Shown: positions 19,449 through 29,957, counted from the first letter of the stretch. The stretch is 64,000 bases of DNA from Armatimonadota bacterium (GCA_041690135.1 JAWLHY010000005.1:211161-275160), one strand, 5' to 3'. The notes: generated from the sequence alone by a model not told the origin. Numbers and translations are program-made.

Positions 19449-19932
19449 CTTCTCTCCTGAAAGTTGCGGTAGCACCGACGGCCGGGTGTCGGGAGCCATC
19501 TCCAAATGAGGGTATGCTCTCGGATTCACAACCCAGCCGGCAGTAGCACCGTTCAACACGGCGCACCAGTCCCCGCCAGTGCGGCTCACCGATCCCAAAG
19601 TGGGTCGCCAACTGCTTCGTGGGAACACAGGCTTTCGGAAGCAGAGCCGGAGACTTTGTCCTGAGTTTAATCCATGTTGGCGAGTGGAGATGGATGCCCC
19701 GGCAGCCGCTCCCGGGGATGTGTGGGTGCCGACCGAATCGGTGAGGCATTCCAGATAAACGGGCATTCGCTCGGTGAGGGCCGTCTGCGGTCGGGACTCC
19801 GCAAGTATTCAGCGCCTTACCAGGGATCGCGGGTCGCGCAGGTTAGGCGGAAATCGCAAGCGCAGGTGTCGGCGGTGGCACCCCGCGCAGGGCGGGAGAG
19901 AAGTTCGGAACGGAGGGCATGGGAGCCGATCG

Positions 19933-20454
19933 CTAGCGATCTCCGTCGCAGTTCCAGACGGGGGGTAGCGGGCTTCCACATTCGGGGCACTCGAAGGCTT
20001 CTTCCTTCACAAGTGCCAGTGCGTTGCAGTCCGGGCAGCGACGGAACGTGAACGCGTGCGTGAAGCCTGCGGGTAGCTCGATCCCGGCGTTCGCCAGGGC
20101 TGCCTCGACCGCCGGCCAGGATTCCGGCTCCGGACAGTAGCCGGTGGATTGGTTGGTCACCTCCCCCACTTCCACGCCGACCCCGGTCACGCGGAAGGTC
20201 ATTTCCCCGGCCGACAGAACCGGCTGCCCGCGCGCGCACTGCACGTGCTCGGAATGGCGGTCGGCGATCCAGAGATCCCCCTGGGTGTCGATGATGAAGG
20301 TGGTGACAACCTCACCGGCGCGGTCGATCGTCTGGTGGGTTTCCGCGATCCACCGATGGACGTCCGCGGGACCGTTTATCCGGACCTGGTGTGTCGGTTG
20401 CGGGTTGTTCGCAGCCAGGTGTGCCGGTCCCAGATATCGGTAGAGTCGGCGCAT
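19933..20454 (-). CDS. Conserved hypothetical protein with a C-terminal double CxxC zinc ribbon
   Basis: ADRHSEHVQCARG.PVLSAGE, NQSTGYCPEP.SW, CPDC...CPEC. Confidence 0.75.
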   Translation of the reverse strand: MRRLYRYLGPAHLAANNPQPTHQVRINGPADVHRWIAETHQTIDRAGEVVTTFIIDTQGDLWIADRHSEHVQCARGQPVLSAGEMTFRVTGVGVEVGEVTNQSTGYCPEPESWPAVEAALANAGIELPAGFTHAFTFRRCPDCNALALVKEEAFECPECGSPLPPVWNCDGDR

Positions 20455-20475
20455 TAATTCGTCAGGGCAACGATC

Positions 20476-21045
20476 CTACTTGGGTCGGTTGTCGCGGTAG
20501 CGGGAGGCTACGGGTCCGGACTGGCCCTGGTACTTGGAGCCGAGGGAAGGATGGCCGTAGGGGCGTTCGGCGGCGGCGTCCATCTGGATGAAGGAAAGCT
20601 GGGCGATCTTCATGCCGGGCCAAAGGCGGATGGGCAGAGGGGCGACGTTGCTGAGTTCCAGGGTGATCTGGCCGTTGGTCCAGCCCGGGTCGATGAAGCC
20701 GGCGGTGGCATGGATCAGGAGTCCCAGGCGGCCGAGGGAGGATTTCCCCTCGATGCGGGCCACCACGTCGTTGGGCAGGGTAAGGCGCTCGAAGGTGGTG
20801 CCCAGCACGAACTCTCCGGGGTGGAGAATAAACGGCTTGCCTTCCTCGACCTCCACGCGCTCCATCAGGTCGTCGCTGACGTGCCAGGGGTCGATGTCGG
20901 AAGTGATGTGGCGGCGGAAGGCGAGGAAGGTGCTGTCCAGCCGGACGTCGACGGAAGCCGGCTGGATGTGGCTCTCTTCCAGGGGATCGATCGCGATCCG
21001 GCCTTCGTTGAGCAGTTTTCTGATGGTACCGTCCGAAAGGATCAT
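20476..21045 (-). CDS. dcd: dCTP deaminase
   Basis: MILSD, QPASVDVRL, EGKSSLGRLGL, IDPGW, GSKYQGQ. Confidence 0.96.
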   Translation of the reverse strand: MILSDGTIRKLLNEGRIAIDPLEESHIQPASVDVRLDSTFLAFRRHITSDIDPWHVSDDLMERVEVEEGKPFILHPGEFVLGTTFERLTLPNDVVARIEGKSSLGRLGLLIHATAGFIDPGWTNGQITLELSNVAPLPIRLWPGMKIAQLSFIQMDAAAERPYGHPSLGSKYQGQSGPVASRYRDNRPK

Positions 21046-21180
21046 GCGTTTTTTCCCAGTGCCGGTGCGACCCGCGTCAGGCGGGTTGTGCCTTTTGCAT
21101 TCCCGCCACAGCGCGGGTTGAGCTTTCCGATGCGAGCCCCAGTTTCCCTTGCCGGTCGTTCCGTTAGGCGACAGGGTGTA

Positions 21181-21270
21181 CTCTGTCGCCCCTCCAGGGC
21201 TCTTTCGGACTGGGCGCCCAGGACCGGGGGTTTACACCCCCGGCTATTCTCTTATCGCCCCTCCGGGGCT
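21181..21270. repeat. REP-like element, GCCCCTCC(A/G)GGGCT family, copy 3
   Basis: CTCTGTCGCCCCTCCAGGGCT ... CCGGGGGTTTACACCCCCGG ... TCGCCCCTCCGGGGCT. Confidence 0.75.
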
Positions 21271-21501
21271 ATCGAACGGTTCTGATCAGCACGGGTACAA
21301 CGACAATGTCAGGCGGGGACGGAGAATCCCGCCCTACACCTGTCCGAGTTCATGCGAGTTTCCCATTCTCCAGTGCCTGTGCTCACACCTGTGCAATCCG
21401 CCGGTATTCCAGGCGAGCGTGCAGATCTCACTTGGGGTCCCTCTCCGTGATCTTCTCCGTGTCTGGGGTGCCCCCTGGGCCATCTCAATGGTCAAGTCGA
21501 G

Positions 21502-23589
21502 CTACTGGACGACCCATTTGGGTGGGGGCATGAGGTAGTTGCCTTCACCATCGATGAGGACGTTGGTGAGCTTGCCCTTGATGGGGAACCGGAAGGTGTG
21601 GTGCTCTTCCGAGATCTCGATCTCCCGGGTCTCCACGCTGTTCTCCACGTCCAGGACCACCTTCAGCCGTGCCCGGTAGGGAGGCTTCGTCTGAGTTATC
21701 ATCAGCACTCCCTGGTTGAATTCCTTCGTATCCGGCTCCGTGTCGAAAGAATAGGCGAGGGCCATGCCGCCAGGGCGACCGAGCCACTGGTCGAAGAACC
21801 ACTGGAGCGAACGGCCGGCTTCCCGGTCCACGATCTTGCGGAAGTCCTCGATCTTCGCCTTACCGAAACGGTATTCCGTGGCGAAAGCGCGCAGGGAACG
21901 CATGAATGCCTTATCACCGATCTCTTCTCTTAGCATGTGCAGGATGACCGCGCCCTTCTCGTAGATGGTCTGTTCAGCGGCTCCCACGTGGAGGAACGGA
22001 TCGGATTCGTAGATCGCCTGGTCCCCTTTCTCCGCCAGTGCCTTGAAGTACCGGCGGCGGGCCTGGTCCACCCGCTTGCGCAAGACCCGAGAATTGCCCG
22101 TGATGGCCGCCTCGTACATCCAGGCGCTGTAGTTGGAGAAGGCCTCCGTGAGCCACGCCGCGCCCAGGCCCTGGGGGAAAACGGAGTTGCCCCACCACTG
22201 GTGCGCGATCTCGTGGGCGAGGAACTCGCGGTCCACCTTCTTCTCCTCGAAACTCTGGTCGACCAGCATCACGAAGGAAGTGGTGCCGTAGCCGCCGGGG
22301 AAGAGGGCGATCTCGGTAACTCCCAGCTTCTCATAGGGATAGGGGCCGTACAGTTTCTCGAAGTAGCGAGTGATGGCGGCGGCCTCCTTGAGGAACGCTT
22401 TCGCCCGGCCGCGGTGCTCCGGAAAGGTGTAGCAGGTGATCTTGAGATCGCCTCTCCCCTCCCCCACCGGCGGAACGGTGATCGATTCCTGGGTGAACCG
22501 GGCCGCGGTGAGCGAGACCATCGAGGCGAAGCGATCCGTCTCCCATTCGTAGACCACCGACTTCTCCTTCTTCTCCATCCGCTTGAGACCGCCCACGGAA
22601 ACGACCGTGTAGCCTTTCGGCACCTCCACTCGCGCGCGCACCGGGGCGCGGAAGTCCAACTCGCCGGTGGCCGGATACCACCGTGCCTCAGAGAAGAAGT
22701 ACACGCTTTTGGATGACAGGAGGGCCGATCCCTCTTCCATAATCGAGGAACCCTCCCGCCGGTACCGCACGCGGACCTCGCTTTCGCCGCCCGGCTTCAG
22801 GGGGCGGGCAGGCGTAACTGAGAACAGATCGTTCGCGTGCTGGAAGGGGGCGGGGTTGCCGTCCACCGTCACCACCAGGGGCTTGCACTCCTCGCTTAGG
22901 CTGAAGTCCAGAACCCGTACCGCCTGACCTCGGGAGCGCACGCGGATCACGGCCGTGGCGTCGAACCGGTGCTTCTCCGGGTCGAGGTTCATGTCCAGCC
23001 CGTAATGCGTGATTTCGAACGGGCTGGGCTTGTGAGCGGCCGGCTTCGGCTTTTCGCCGGGCATGCCTTTGCTGGGAGGGGGCGGCGGCGCGGCGGGTGG
23101 CCGCATTGCGGTCCGCTGCGGCTTTGCGGGTGGGGTGTCAGCAGACTGGGGCGCGGGGGTCCCTCTTCCACCGCTGCTCGCTCTCCCGCCGCCGGAAGAG
23201 GGCGCGACCGCATTCGGATCGACCGTGGCCTCACGCTTCTGAACGCGCTTCTCGGCCGGCCTCTGCTGACGAATCTCGGCCAGCTCGCGTTCGGCGTCGG
23301 GATGTCCGGGTTGGAGCGACAACGCCTTCTCAAACAGCTCTTCGGCTTCGGCCAGGTTGCCCCGTTCCTTCTCGTCGATGCCGGCGTAATAATGCGTTTG
23401 TGCCTGTTGCTTCACCTGGCCCCGGCTCGCCGACTGATAACTGAGGCCGGAGAGGACGATCGCCGCCGCGATGGCCGTTAGAGCCAGGGGCAGGTTCCAG
23501 CGCCGGGCCAGGGCCGGAACGAGTTTAAAGGTGTAGGCGAGAACGGCCAGCCAGACCAGAAGATTGAAAGCCAGCAAGGTGTAGAGCAT
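21502..23589 (-). CDS. Membrane-anchored M1 family aminopeptidase with TPR and Pro-rich linker
   Basis: HEIAHQWWGN...WLTEAFSNY (HExxH-x18-E), YEKGA; two N-terminal TM helices; TPR-like segment. Confidence 0.88.
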   Translation of the reverse strand: MLYTLLAFNLLVWLAVLAYTFKLVPALARRWNLPLALTAIAAAIVLSGLSYQSASRGQVKQQAQTHYYAGIDEKERGNLAEAEELFEKALSLQPGHPDAERELAEIRQQRPAEKRVQKREATVDPNAVAPSSGGGRASSGGRGTPAPQSADTPPAKPQRTAMRPPAAPPPPPSKGMPGEKPKPAAHKPSPFEITHYGLDMNLDPEKHRFDATAVIRVRSRGQAVRVLDFSLSEECKPLVVTVDGNPAPFQHANDLFSVTPARPLKPGGESEVRVRYRREGSSIMEEGSALLSSKSVYFFSEARWYPATGELDFRAPVRARVEVPKGYTVVSVGGLKRMEKKEKSVVYEWETDRFASMVSLTAARFTQESITVPPVGEGRGDLKITCYTFPEHRGRAKAFLKEAAAITRYFEKLYGPYPYEKLGVTEIALFPGGYGTTSFVMLVDQSFEEKKVDREFLAHEIAHQWWGNSVFPQGLGAAWLTEAFSNYSAWMYEAAITGNSRVLRKRVDQARRRYFKALAEKGDQAIYESDPFLHVGAAEQTIYEKGAVILHMLREEIGDKAFMRSLRAFATEYRFGKAKIEDFRKIVDREAGRSLQWFFDQWLGRPGGMALAYSFDTEPDTKEFNQGVLMITQTKPPYRARLKVVLDVENSVETREIEISEEHHTFRFPIKGKLTNVLIDGEGNYLMPPPKWVVQ

Positions 23590-24029
23590 GTCACCAGTTC
23601 AGAACGGATAACCCAGGTGGGTTGTTACGGGAGACGGGAGGGTCCTGGCAAGCCCTCCACATGCCCCCCGATTGGCCGGGGAGGCGTCATCTAATCGCAA
23701 CGGACGAGGATACCGGGTTGTGATACTCTCCTAAGAGTTTGCCCCGCGCTAATACGCACGGACCTCTGGCCCTGGAGAGGGCTGCGGGGGAGCGGCCGCC
23801 AACTAGTTTACCGAGGCGGCAAGACGTGATAGCATCTGTTAGCTCTCTCCATGCGGGTCTACAGGTCTTCAGCCTCACCACGCTTCACCACGCCCCGTCC
23901 GGGCGGGCGCACCCCGGCGCTCGCGGCGAGAGTAAGCACACCCAGAATTGCGTATTTCCCCATTCGGCCGCGTGCTTCCTCTTGAAGTCGAAACCTGCCC
24001 GTGAAGTGTCGTAAACCCGCGGAATCAGC

Positions 24030-25997
24030 ATGAGACGGACCCAGACGCAAACCGAAACCCCCTCCACCCTCCTGCGCACGCAGACCACCACGCACAGCCA
24101 GTCTCTTCGGGTCGCCGTCCGACAGTCCCTGGAATCGGGACGGGATTACCTGCTTTCCATCCAGGAGCCAGATGGGCACTGGGTAGGAGAACTGGAAGGC
24201 GATACCATCCTCGAGTCGGAGTACGTCCTCCTGCGCTATTTCATGGGCTGCCTGGATGACGACCGCCTGCGGAAGCTGGCCAACTACATCCGCAAGGTGC
24301 AGCGTCCGGAAGGGGCGTGGTCGATTTACCCGGGCGGACCGGTGGAGATCAGCTCGTCGGTCAAGGCCTACCTGGTCTTGAAGCTCGCGGGGCTCCCGAT
24401 CGACCATCCGGAAATGGTGAAAGCCCGCGAAGCGATCCGGGCACATGGCGGAGTGACCGCCTGCAACACCTTCACCAAGATCTACTTGGCCATCTTCGGA
24501 CAGTATGACTGGGACGGCACGCCGGTAGTTCCGCCCGAGCTACTGCTCTTTCCGAACTGGTTCTACTTCAACATCTACGAGATTTCCTCGTGGTCACGGA
24601 CGATCGTGGTACCCCTGGCGATCGTTTGCGCGCATCGCCCGCACTGCCCCCTGCCGGTGAACATCGACGAGCTTTACGTGGGGCCGCGGCACGGCAAGCA
24701 CCTGCGGCTGCCGTGGTCGAAGGAGACGTTCTCCTGGCGCAACTTCTTCCTCGCCATCGACCGGGGGATGCACTTCTGCGAGAAAGTTGATCTCCATCCC
24801 TGGCGCAAGCAGGCGCTCAAGGCCTGTGAAACGTGGATGGTGGAGCGGTTCCAGAAGTCGGGCGGCCTGGGGGCGATCTTTCCGCCGATCGTGAACGCGC
24901 TGATGGCGATGCGCTGTCTGGGCTATCCGGACGACCATCCGGAGGTGGTGGGTCAGTGGAAAGAGCTGGAAGCGTTCGAGATCGAGGAAGGCGATACCAT
25001 GCGCCTGCAGCCGTGCGTTTCGCCGGTATGGGATACGGCCCTCTGCCTGATGGCGCTGTCGGCCGGAGGGACGGCGCCGGACGATCCGGCGATGGTCCAG
25101 GCCGGCGAGTGGTTGCTGGAGAAGCGGGTTCGCCAGAAGGGCGACTGGGCTGTCAAGCGCCCTAACGCACCGGTCGCCGGCTGGTATTTCGAGTATGCGA
25201 ACGAGTACTACCCGGACATCGACGATTCCGCCGCGGTGTTGATGGCCCTGGAAGGCTGCCGGCTCCCGAACGACGACGAGAAGCACCGGATCTGCGCCCA
25301 GGCGATCGAGTGGATCTTCGCGATGCAGGGGCGAGATGGCGGCTGGGCCTCCTTCGACGTGGACAACGACCGGATGATCTTCACGCAGATCCCGTTCGCG
25401 GACCACAACGCCATGCTCGACCCGAGCACCGCCGATATTACCGGACGCATCCTGGAGATGCTGGCCCGCTACGGATTCGATACCCGGGATGCGCGCGTGC
25501 AGAAGGCCATCGCGTACCTGAAGAAGGAACAGGAGTACGACGGCGCGTGGTTTGGGCGCTGGGGCGTCAACTATATCTACGGGACCTGGCAGGTGTTGAA
25601 GGGTCTTTCCTGTATTGGGGAAGACATGAACCAGACGTACATCCGCAAAGCCGTGGAATGGCTGCGGTCCGTCCAGAACGAGGACGGCGGCTGGGGGGAA
25701 AGCTGCAACACCTACGACGACCCGTCGCTGCGGGGTCGGGGCCCAAGCACCCCATCGCAAACGGCGTGGGCGATGATGGGGCTAATGGCGGCCGGCGAGG
25801 TGAACAGCGACGCGGTGAAGCGCGGCCTCGAACACCTGCTGGAGACCCAGAAGCCCGACGGGTCGTGGGAAGACCTGTGGTACACCGGGACCGGGTTCCC
25901 GAAGGTCTTCTATCTGAAGTACCATCTCTACAGCAAATACTTTCCGGTCTTTGCGCTGGGCATGTATGCCCGCCAGATCGAGATGATCCAGAGTTAA
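24030..25997 (+). CDS. shc: Squalene-hopene cyclase
   Basis: DIDDSA (DxDD) motif, QW repeats, SPVWDT, GTGFPKVFYLKY. Confidence 0.97.
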   Translation: MRRTQTQTETPSTLLRTQTTTHSQSLRVAVRQSLESGRDYLLSIQEPDGHWVGELEGDTILESEYVLLRYFMGCLDDDRLRKLANYIRKVQRPEGAWSIYPGGPVEISSSVKAYLVLKLAGLPIDHPEMVKAREAIRAHGGVTACNTFTKIYLAIFGQYDWDGTPVVPPELLLFPNWFYFNIYEISSWSRTIVVPLAIVCAHRPHCPLPVNIDELYVGPRHGKHLRLPWSKETFSWRNFFLAIDRGMHFCEKVDLHPWRKQALKACETWMVERFQKSGGLGAIFPPIVNALMAMRCLGYPDDHPEVVGQWKELEAFEIEEGDTMRLQPCVSPVWDTALCLMALSAGGTAPDDPAMVQAGEWLLEKRVRQKGDWAVKRPNAPVAGWYFEYANEYYPDIDDSAAVLMALEGCRLPNDDEKHRICAQAIEWIFAMQGRDGGWASFDVDNDRMIFTQIPFADHNAMLDPSTADITGRILEMLARYGFDTRDARVQKAIAYLKKEQEYDGAWFGRWGVNYIYGTWQVLKGLSCIGEDMNQTYIRKAVEWLRSVQNEDGGWGESCNTYDDPSLRGRGPSTPSQTAWAMMGLMAAGEVNSDAVKRGLEHLLETQKPDGSWEDLWYTGTGFPKVFYLKYHLYSKYFPVFALGMYARQIEMIQS

Positions 25998-26016
25998 GCT
26001 CAGAAGCGAGACTGCG

Positions 26017-27018
26017 ATGCGGTTCCCTACTCATATCACAACGGACATGATCCAGTATCAGATGCGCATGGCCCGCGAGGGTCGCACGCGCTACCCCATG
26101 GTGCTGATGCTGGAGCCGCTCTACACCTGCAACCTGGCCTGCATCGGGTGCACGGTCGAGCGCCACACGGGCAAGCTGAAGGACCGGGTCTCGGTCGAGA
26201 AATGCCTGCAAGCGGCGGATGAGAGCGGCGCGCCGATCGTGTCCATCTGCGGTGGCGAGCCGACTGTTTACCCGGAGATCAAGCAGCTGATCGAAGGGAT
26301 CATCGAGCGGAAGCGCCACATCTACCTGTGCACCAACGCCCTGATGCTCGATACGAAGATCTTCGGGGTGGTCGCGCCGCACAAGCGCCTTTCGATCAAC
26401 GTCCACCTCGACGGTCTCCGCAAGACGCACGACTACGTCTGCGACCGGGAAGGCGTCTTCGACAAGGCGATCGAGATGATCAAGAAGGGCAAGCAGCTCG
26501 GCTACCACATGGTGACCAACACCACGGTGTTCAAAGAAACGGACATCGACGAGGTGGAGAAGCTTTGCGAACTGCTGACCGGCATCGGCATCGACGGGAT
26601 GCTCATCTCGCCCGGCTACGAATACGAGACGGTGCAGCGCGACATCTTCCTGGAGCGCCAGGAGACGGAAGAGAAGTTCCGGCGGGTGCTGCAGCTCAGC
26701 AAGAAGTACCGCCTGCAGTCCAGCCCCGTTTTCCTGGAGTTTGCCGCCGGCATGCGCGAGCTCCCCTGCTCCCCCTGGAGCACGGTCACCTTCACCCCCA
26801 TGGGCTGGAAAGGCCCCTGCTACCTCATCGCCGGCAAGTACTACCCCGAATGGGCCGAGTTCTGGAACGACGTGAACTGGGAGTACTGGGAGAGCCGTAA
26901 GGACGTCCGCTGCCGCAACTGCAAGATGCACAGCGGCTTCGAAGCCTCCGCCGTCCGCGCCGCCAATAAGAACCCGAAGGACCTGGTTCAACTGGCGATG
27001 TGGAACATGTTCGGATAA
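26017..27018 (+). CDS. hpnH: Adenosyl-hopene transferase, radical SAM
   Basis: LMLEPLYTCNLACIGC (CxxxCxxC), PCYLI, RC.NC.MHSGFE; directly follows shc. Confidence 0.92.
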   Translation: MRFPTHITTDMIQYQMRMAREGRTRYPMVLMLEPLYTCNLACIGCTVERHTGKLKDRVSVEKCLQAADESGAPIVSICGGEPTVYPEIKQLIEGIIERKRHIYLCTNALMLDTKIFGVVAPHKRLSINVHLDGLRKTHDYVCDREGVFDKAIEMIKKGKQLGYHMVTNTTVFKETDIDEVEKLCELLTGIGIDGMLISPGYEYETVQRDIFLERQETEEKFRRVLQLSKKYRLQSSPVFLEFAAGMRELPCSPWSTVTFTPMGWKGPCYLIAGKYYPEWAEFWNDVNWEYWESRKDVRCRNCKMHSGFEASAVRAANKNPKDLVQLAMWNMFG

Positions 27019-27078
27019 CCGCTCCTCCGTCTCGTCTTGACCGCGGAGATGCAGATGGGAAAGGCCCGAACCGGATTC

Positions 27079-27319
27079 ACCGCAGAGACGCAGAGGACGC
27101 TGAGCCGGCGCAGAGGGGGAAGAGAGGAAAGTCGCTTTCGGGCAGGGGATTTGCTGAATCGCCAAGGTCGGGATGCAAAGGGTATCTGACGATTAGAGGT
27201 TGGAGGAATATCCACCCCAAACGGATAGCCGGGGTAACCGAAGTTGTTGCGGGGCTTCGCTGGAACCCAGTTTCTCCCTTCTCTCTGCGTTACCTCAGCG
27301 TCCTCTGCGGCTCTGCGGT
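27079..27319. repeat. Hairpin element A flanking the GxxExxY gene
   Basis: About 37-bp inverted arms ACCGCAGAGACGCAGAGGACGCTGAG.. / ..CTCAGCGTCCTCTGCGGCTCTGCGGT around a loop of about 165 nt. Confidence 0.85.
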
Positions 27320-27347
27320 TAAACTGGTTCAGATACAGGAGGTGGAG

Positions 27348-27734
27348 ATGCGGACAAATGAGATCACGGAGGCGGTGATTGCCGCCGCGATTGAGGTGCA
27401 TCGGACGCTGGGTCCGGGTCTTCTGGAGTCCGCATATCTTGTGTGTATGCGTCGGGAGTTGCAACTGCGTGGGGTGCCGTTCGAGCACGAGAAGCTGCTG
27501 CCAGTGACGTACAAGGGCGTGGACCTGGACTGCGGTTACCGCCTGGACCTGCTGGTAGCCGGCAAAGTGGTGGTCGAGCTGAAGTCGGTGGAAGCGCTGG
27601 ACCCGGTTCACGAAGCACAGTTACTCACCTACTTGAAGCTCGGCGGTTGGAAGGTTGGACTGCTGATCAACTTCAATGTCCCCCGGCTGAAAGACGGCAT
27701 CAAGCGGCGCGTCCTCGACTGGCGCGAGGATTAA
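27348..27734 (+). CDS. GxxExxY protein (PD-(D/E)XK_3 nuclease-like)
   Basis: GPGLLESAY, YRLDLLV, VVVELKSV, HEAQLLTYLK, GLLINFN; SD AGGAGG. Confidence 0.93.
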   Translation: MRTNEITEAVIAAAIEVHRTLGPGLLESAYLVCMRRELQLRGVPFEHEKLLPVTYKGVDLDCGYRLDLLVAGKVVVELKSVEALDPVHEAQLLTYLKLGGWKVGLLINFNVPRLKDGIKRRVLDWRED

Positions 27735-27762
27735 GCGGCCTGGGAACATCCGAATCGGATTC

Positions 27763-27995
27763 ACCGCGGAGACGCAGAGCACGCTGAGCCGGCGCAGAGA
27801 GGGAAGAGGGGGAATTGGCCTATGGGCAGTAGGCTTGCAGCGAGATCTGGATGCAGAAGTGCACCCTAACTGGGGTTGAGGCGACATCATTCCCCGAAGG
27901 TAACTCGGGTTGCTTGAGGTTTGCGTAAGGTGCCGCACTAACCCATTCTTTCATTCCTCTCTGCGTTACCTCAGCGTGCTCTGCGTCTCTGCGGT
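27763..27995. repeat. Hairpin element B flanking the GxxExxY gene
   Basis: Arms ACCGCGGAGACGCAGAGCACGCTGAG.. / ..CTCAGCGTGCTCTGCGTCTCTGCGGT; direct homolog of element A. Confidence 0.85.
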
Positions 27996-28058
27996 TAGAT
28001 GGTTCGGTTCGGTTCGGGTCCGCTGCGTCTCTGCGGTTAGGTGGTTCCGGTAATTCGA

Positions 28059-29057
28059 ATGGCAGTATTGGTTACAGGTGGGTCCGGATTCGTGGGGAGC
28101 CGGGTGGTGCGGAAGCTTCTCCAGCGGGGAGAAGACGTGCGCTGCCTGGTACGGAAGACCAGCCCGCGGGCCAACCTGGAGGGCCTGGGGGTGGCCCTGG
28201 TGACCGGCGACCTGCAGGATCCTGCTTCGCTGCGGGAAGCGGTGCGGGGGGTGTCGGTCGTTTATCACGTGGCCGCGGACTATCGCCTCTGGAGCAAGGA
28301 CCCGCAGGAGCTGTACCGCAGCAACGTGGACGGTACGCGGAACCTGCTGGAGGCGGCGACGCAGGCCGGCTGCGAGCGGATCGTCTACTGCAGCTCGGTG
28401 GGGGCGCTGGGAATTCCGAAGGACGGCACGCCGGGCAGCGAGACCACGCCGGTGAAGCTCGAGGACATGGTAGGGCATTACAAGCGCTCCAAGTTCCTGG
28501 CCGAGCAGGAGGCGCTGCAGGCCGCGGGGCGTGGGGTGCCGGTGGTGATCGTTAACCCGAGCACGCCGGTGGGGCCGAACGACATCAAGCCGACGGAGAC
28601 GGGGCGGATTATCACCCGGTTTCTGAACGGGGAGATGCCCGCTTATCTGGACACCGGTTTGAACTTGGTGGACGTGGACGACGTGGCCGAGGGCCACCTG
28701 CTGGCGGCGGAGAAGGGCCGGGTCGGCGAGAAGTACATCCTGGGCAACCGGAACATGACCCTGGCGGAGATCCTCCAGTGCCTGGCGGCTCTGACCGGAA
28801 AGCCCGCTCCCCGTGCTAGAATGCCGTATGGGTTCGTTCTGGGGGTCGCCCAGATCAACGAGTTTTTTGTGGGAACGCTTCTGAAGCGCGAGCCCGGCAT
28901 CCCGGTGGAAGGGGTGCGGATGGCGCGGAAGAAGATGTTCTTCGATCCGAGCAAAGCGATCCGGGAACTGGGCCTGCCCCAAACTCCGGTTGAAGAGGCA
29001 CTGGACCGGGCGATCCGCTGGTTCACGGACCACGGCTACGTCAAGGGCACGGCCTGA
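28059..29057 (+). CDS. hpnA: Hopanoid-associated sugar epimerase (NAD-dependent)
   Basis: TGGSGFVG, HVAADYRLW, YKRSK, PSTPVGP.DIKPT.TG; hopanoid context. Confidence 0.9.
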   Translation: MAVLVTGGSGFVGSRVVRKLLQRGEDVRCLVRKTSPRANLEGLGVALVTGDLQDPASLREAVRGVSVVYHVAADYRLWSKDPQELYRSNVDGTRNLLEAATQAGCERIVYCSSVGALGIPKDGTPGSETTPVKLEDMVGHYKRSKFLAEQEALQAAGRGVPVVIVNPSTPVGPNDIKPTETGRIITRFLNGEMPAYLDTGLNLVDVDDVAEGHLLAAEKGRVGEKYILGNRNMTLAEILQCLAALTGKPAPRARMPYGFVLGVAQINEFFVGTLLKREPGIPVEGVRMARKKMFFDPSKAIRELGLPQTPVEEALDRAIRWFTDHGYVKGTA

Positions 29058-29075
29058 CCACTCGAGGGAATTGCG

Positions 29076-29957
29076 ATGAAAGTCTTCCTGGCCAAAGAAG
29101 TCGGGTTTTGTTTCGGCGTGAAGCGGGCGATCAACATGACCCGCCAGGCGCTGGCCGAGCACAACGACGTATCGATCCTGGGCGACGTCGTCCACAACCG
29201 GACCGTCACGTCCGAGCTGGAAGCGCGGGGCCTGAAGAAGGTGAACGAGCTCGACGACGTGCGCGGCGGAACGATGGTCATCCGCGCCCACGGACTGCCG
29301 CAGTTGGAGATCCAGCAGGCGCACGACCGCGGCCTGAACATCGTCGATGCCACCTGCCCCATCGTGACGCAGGCCCAGGAAGCCGCGTTGGAGCTGGAGC
29401 GCCGGGGCTGCACCGTGGTGATCATCGGGGATCGCAACCACGCTGAGATCAAGGGCGTGATGGGCAACCTGAAGAACCCGGCCGTGGTGGTCGATAGCCT
29501 GGAAGAGCTGCGGGAAGCGCCTCTCGACAAGCAGCGTCTGCGCAAGGTCGGGGTGATCTTCCAGACGACCCACTCCTTCGAGCTGTGCGCGCCGATCGTT
29601 ACGGAGTTGATCGCCATGGCGAAGGAAGTGCAGGTCATCAACACGATCTGCCGTCCGGTCCGCAACCGCCAGATGGATGCCGTGCAGCTCGCCGAGACGA
29701 TGGATGTGATGGTGGTGGTGGGCAGCCGCTCCAGCGCCAACACGATCGAGTTGAAGCACCTCTGCCAGAAGTACAACCCGAATACGATTCACGTGGAAGG
29801 ACCGGATGAGCTGGACCCGGCGCGGTTCCAGGGGGTGGAGAACGTGGGCATCGCCTCTGGTCTTTCGACGCCGCCGGAGACCGTGGAAGCCGTGAAGGCC
29901 CGCATCATGTCGCTTGACCAGCAGGCCCCGGCCGAGCGCGAGCCGGCTCTGGTCTAA
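29076..29957 (+). CDS. ispH: 4-hydroxy-3-methylbut-2-enyl diphosphate reductase
   Basis: GFCFGVKRA, VHN, IRAHG, DATCP, QTT, NTIC, S.NT motifs. Confidence 0.95.
   Translation: MKVFLAKEVGFCFGVKRAINMTRQALAEHNDVSILGDVVHNRTVTSELEARGLKKVNELDDVRGGTMVIRAHGLPQLEIQQAHDRGLNIVDATCPIVTQAQEAALELERRGCTVVIIGDRNHAEIKGVMGNLKNPAVVVDSLEELREAPLDKQRLRKVGVIFQTTHSFELCAPIVTELIAMAKEVQVINTICRPVRNRQMDAVQLAETMDVMVVVGSRSSANTIELKHLCQKYNPNTIHVEGPDELDPARFQGVENVGIASGLSTPPETVEAVKARIMSLDQQAPAEREPALV

Noticed and set aside
23600-24020. Possible riboswitch or ncRNA between the aminopeptidase and shc
   Set aside because: It has a few GC hairpins and a GGCAAAC, but the rest of the c-di-GMP-I or any other consensus I know is missing.
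27000-27347. N-terminal extension of the GxxExxY ORF, and similar extensions for pdhA, APH, HD-GYP and SDR
   Set aside because: The extensions run through repeats or neighbouring genes; internal starts fit family lengths, and some (e.g. GxxExxY) have a clear SD.
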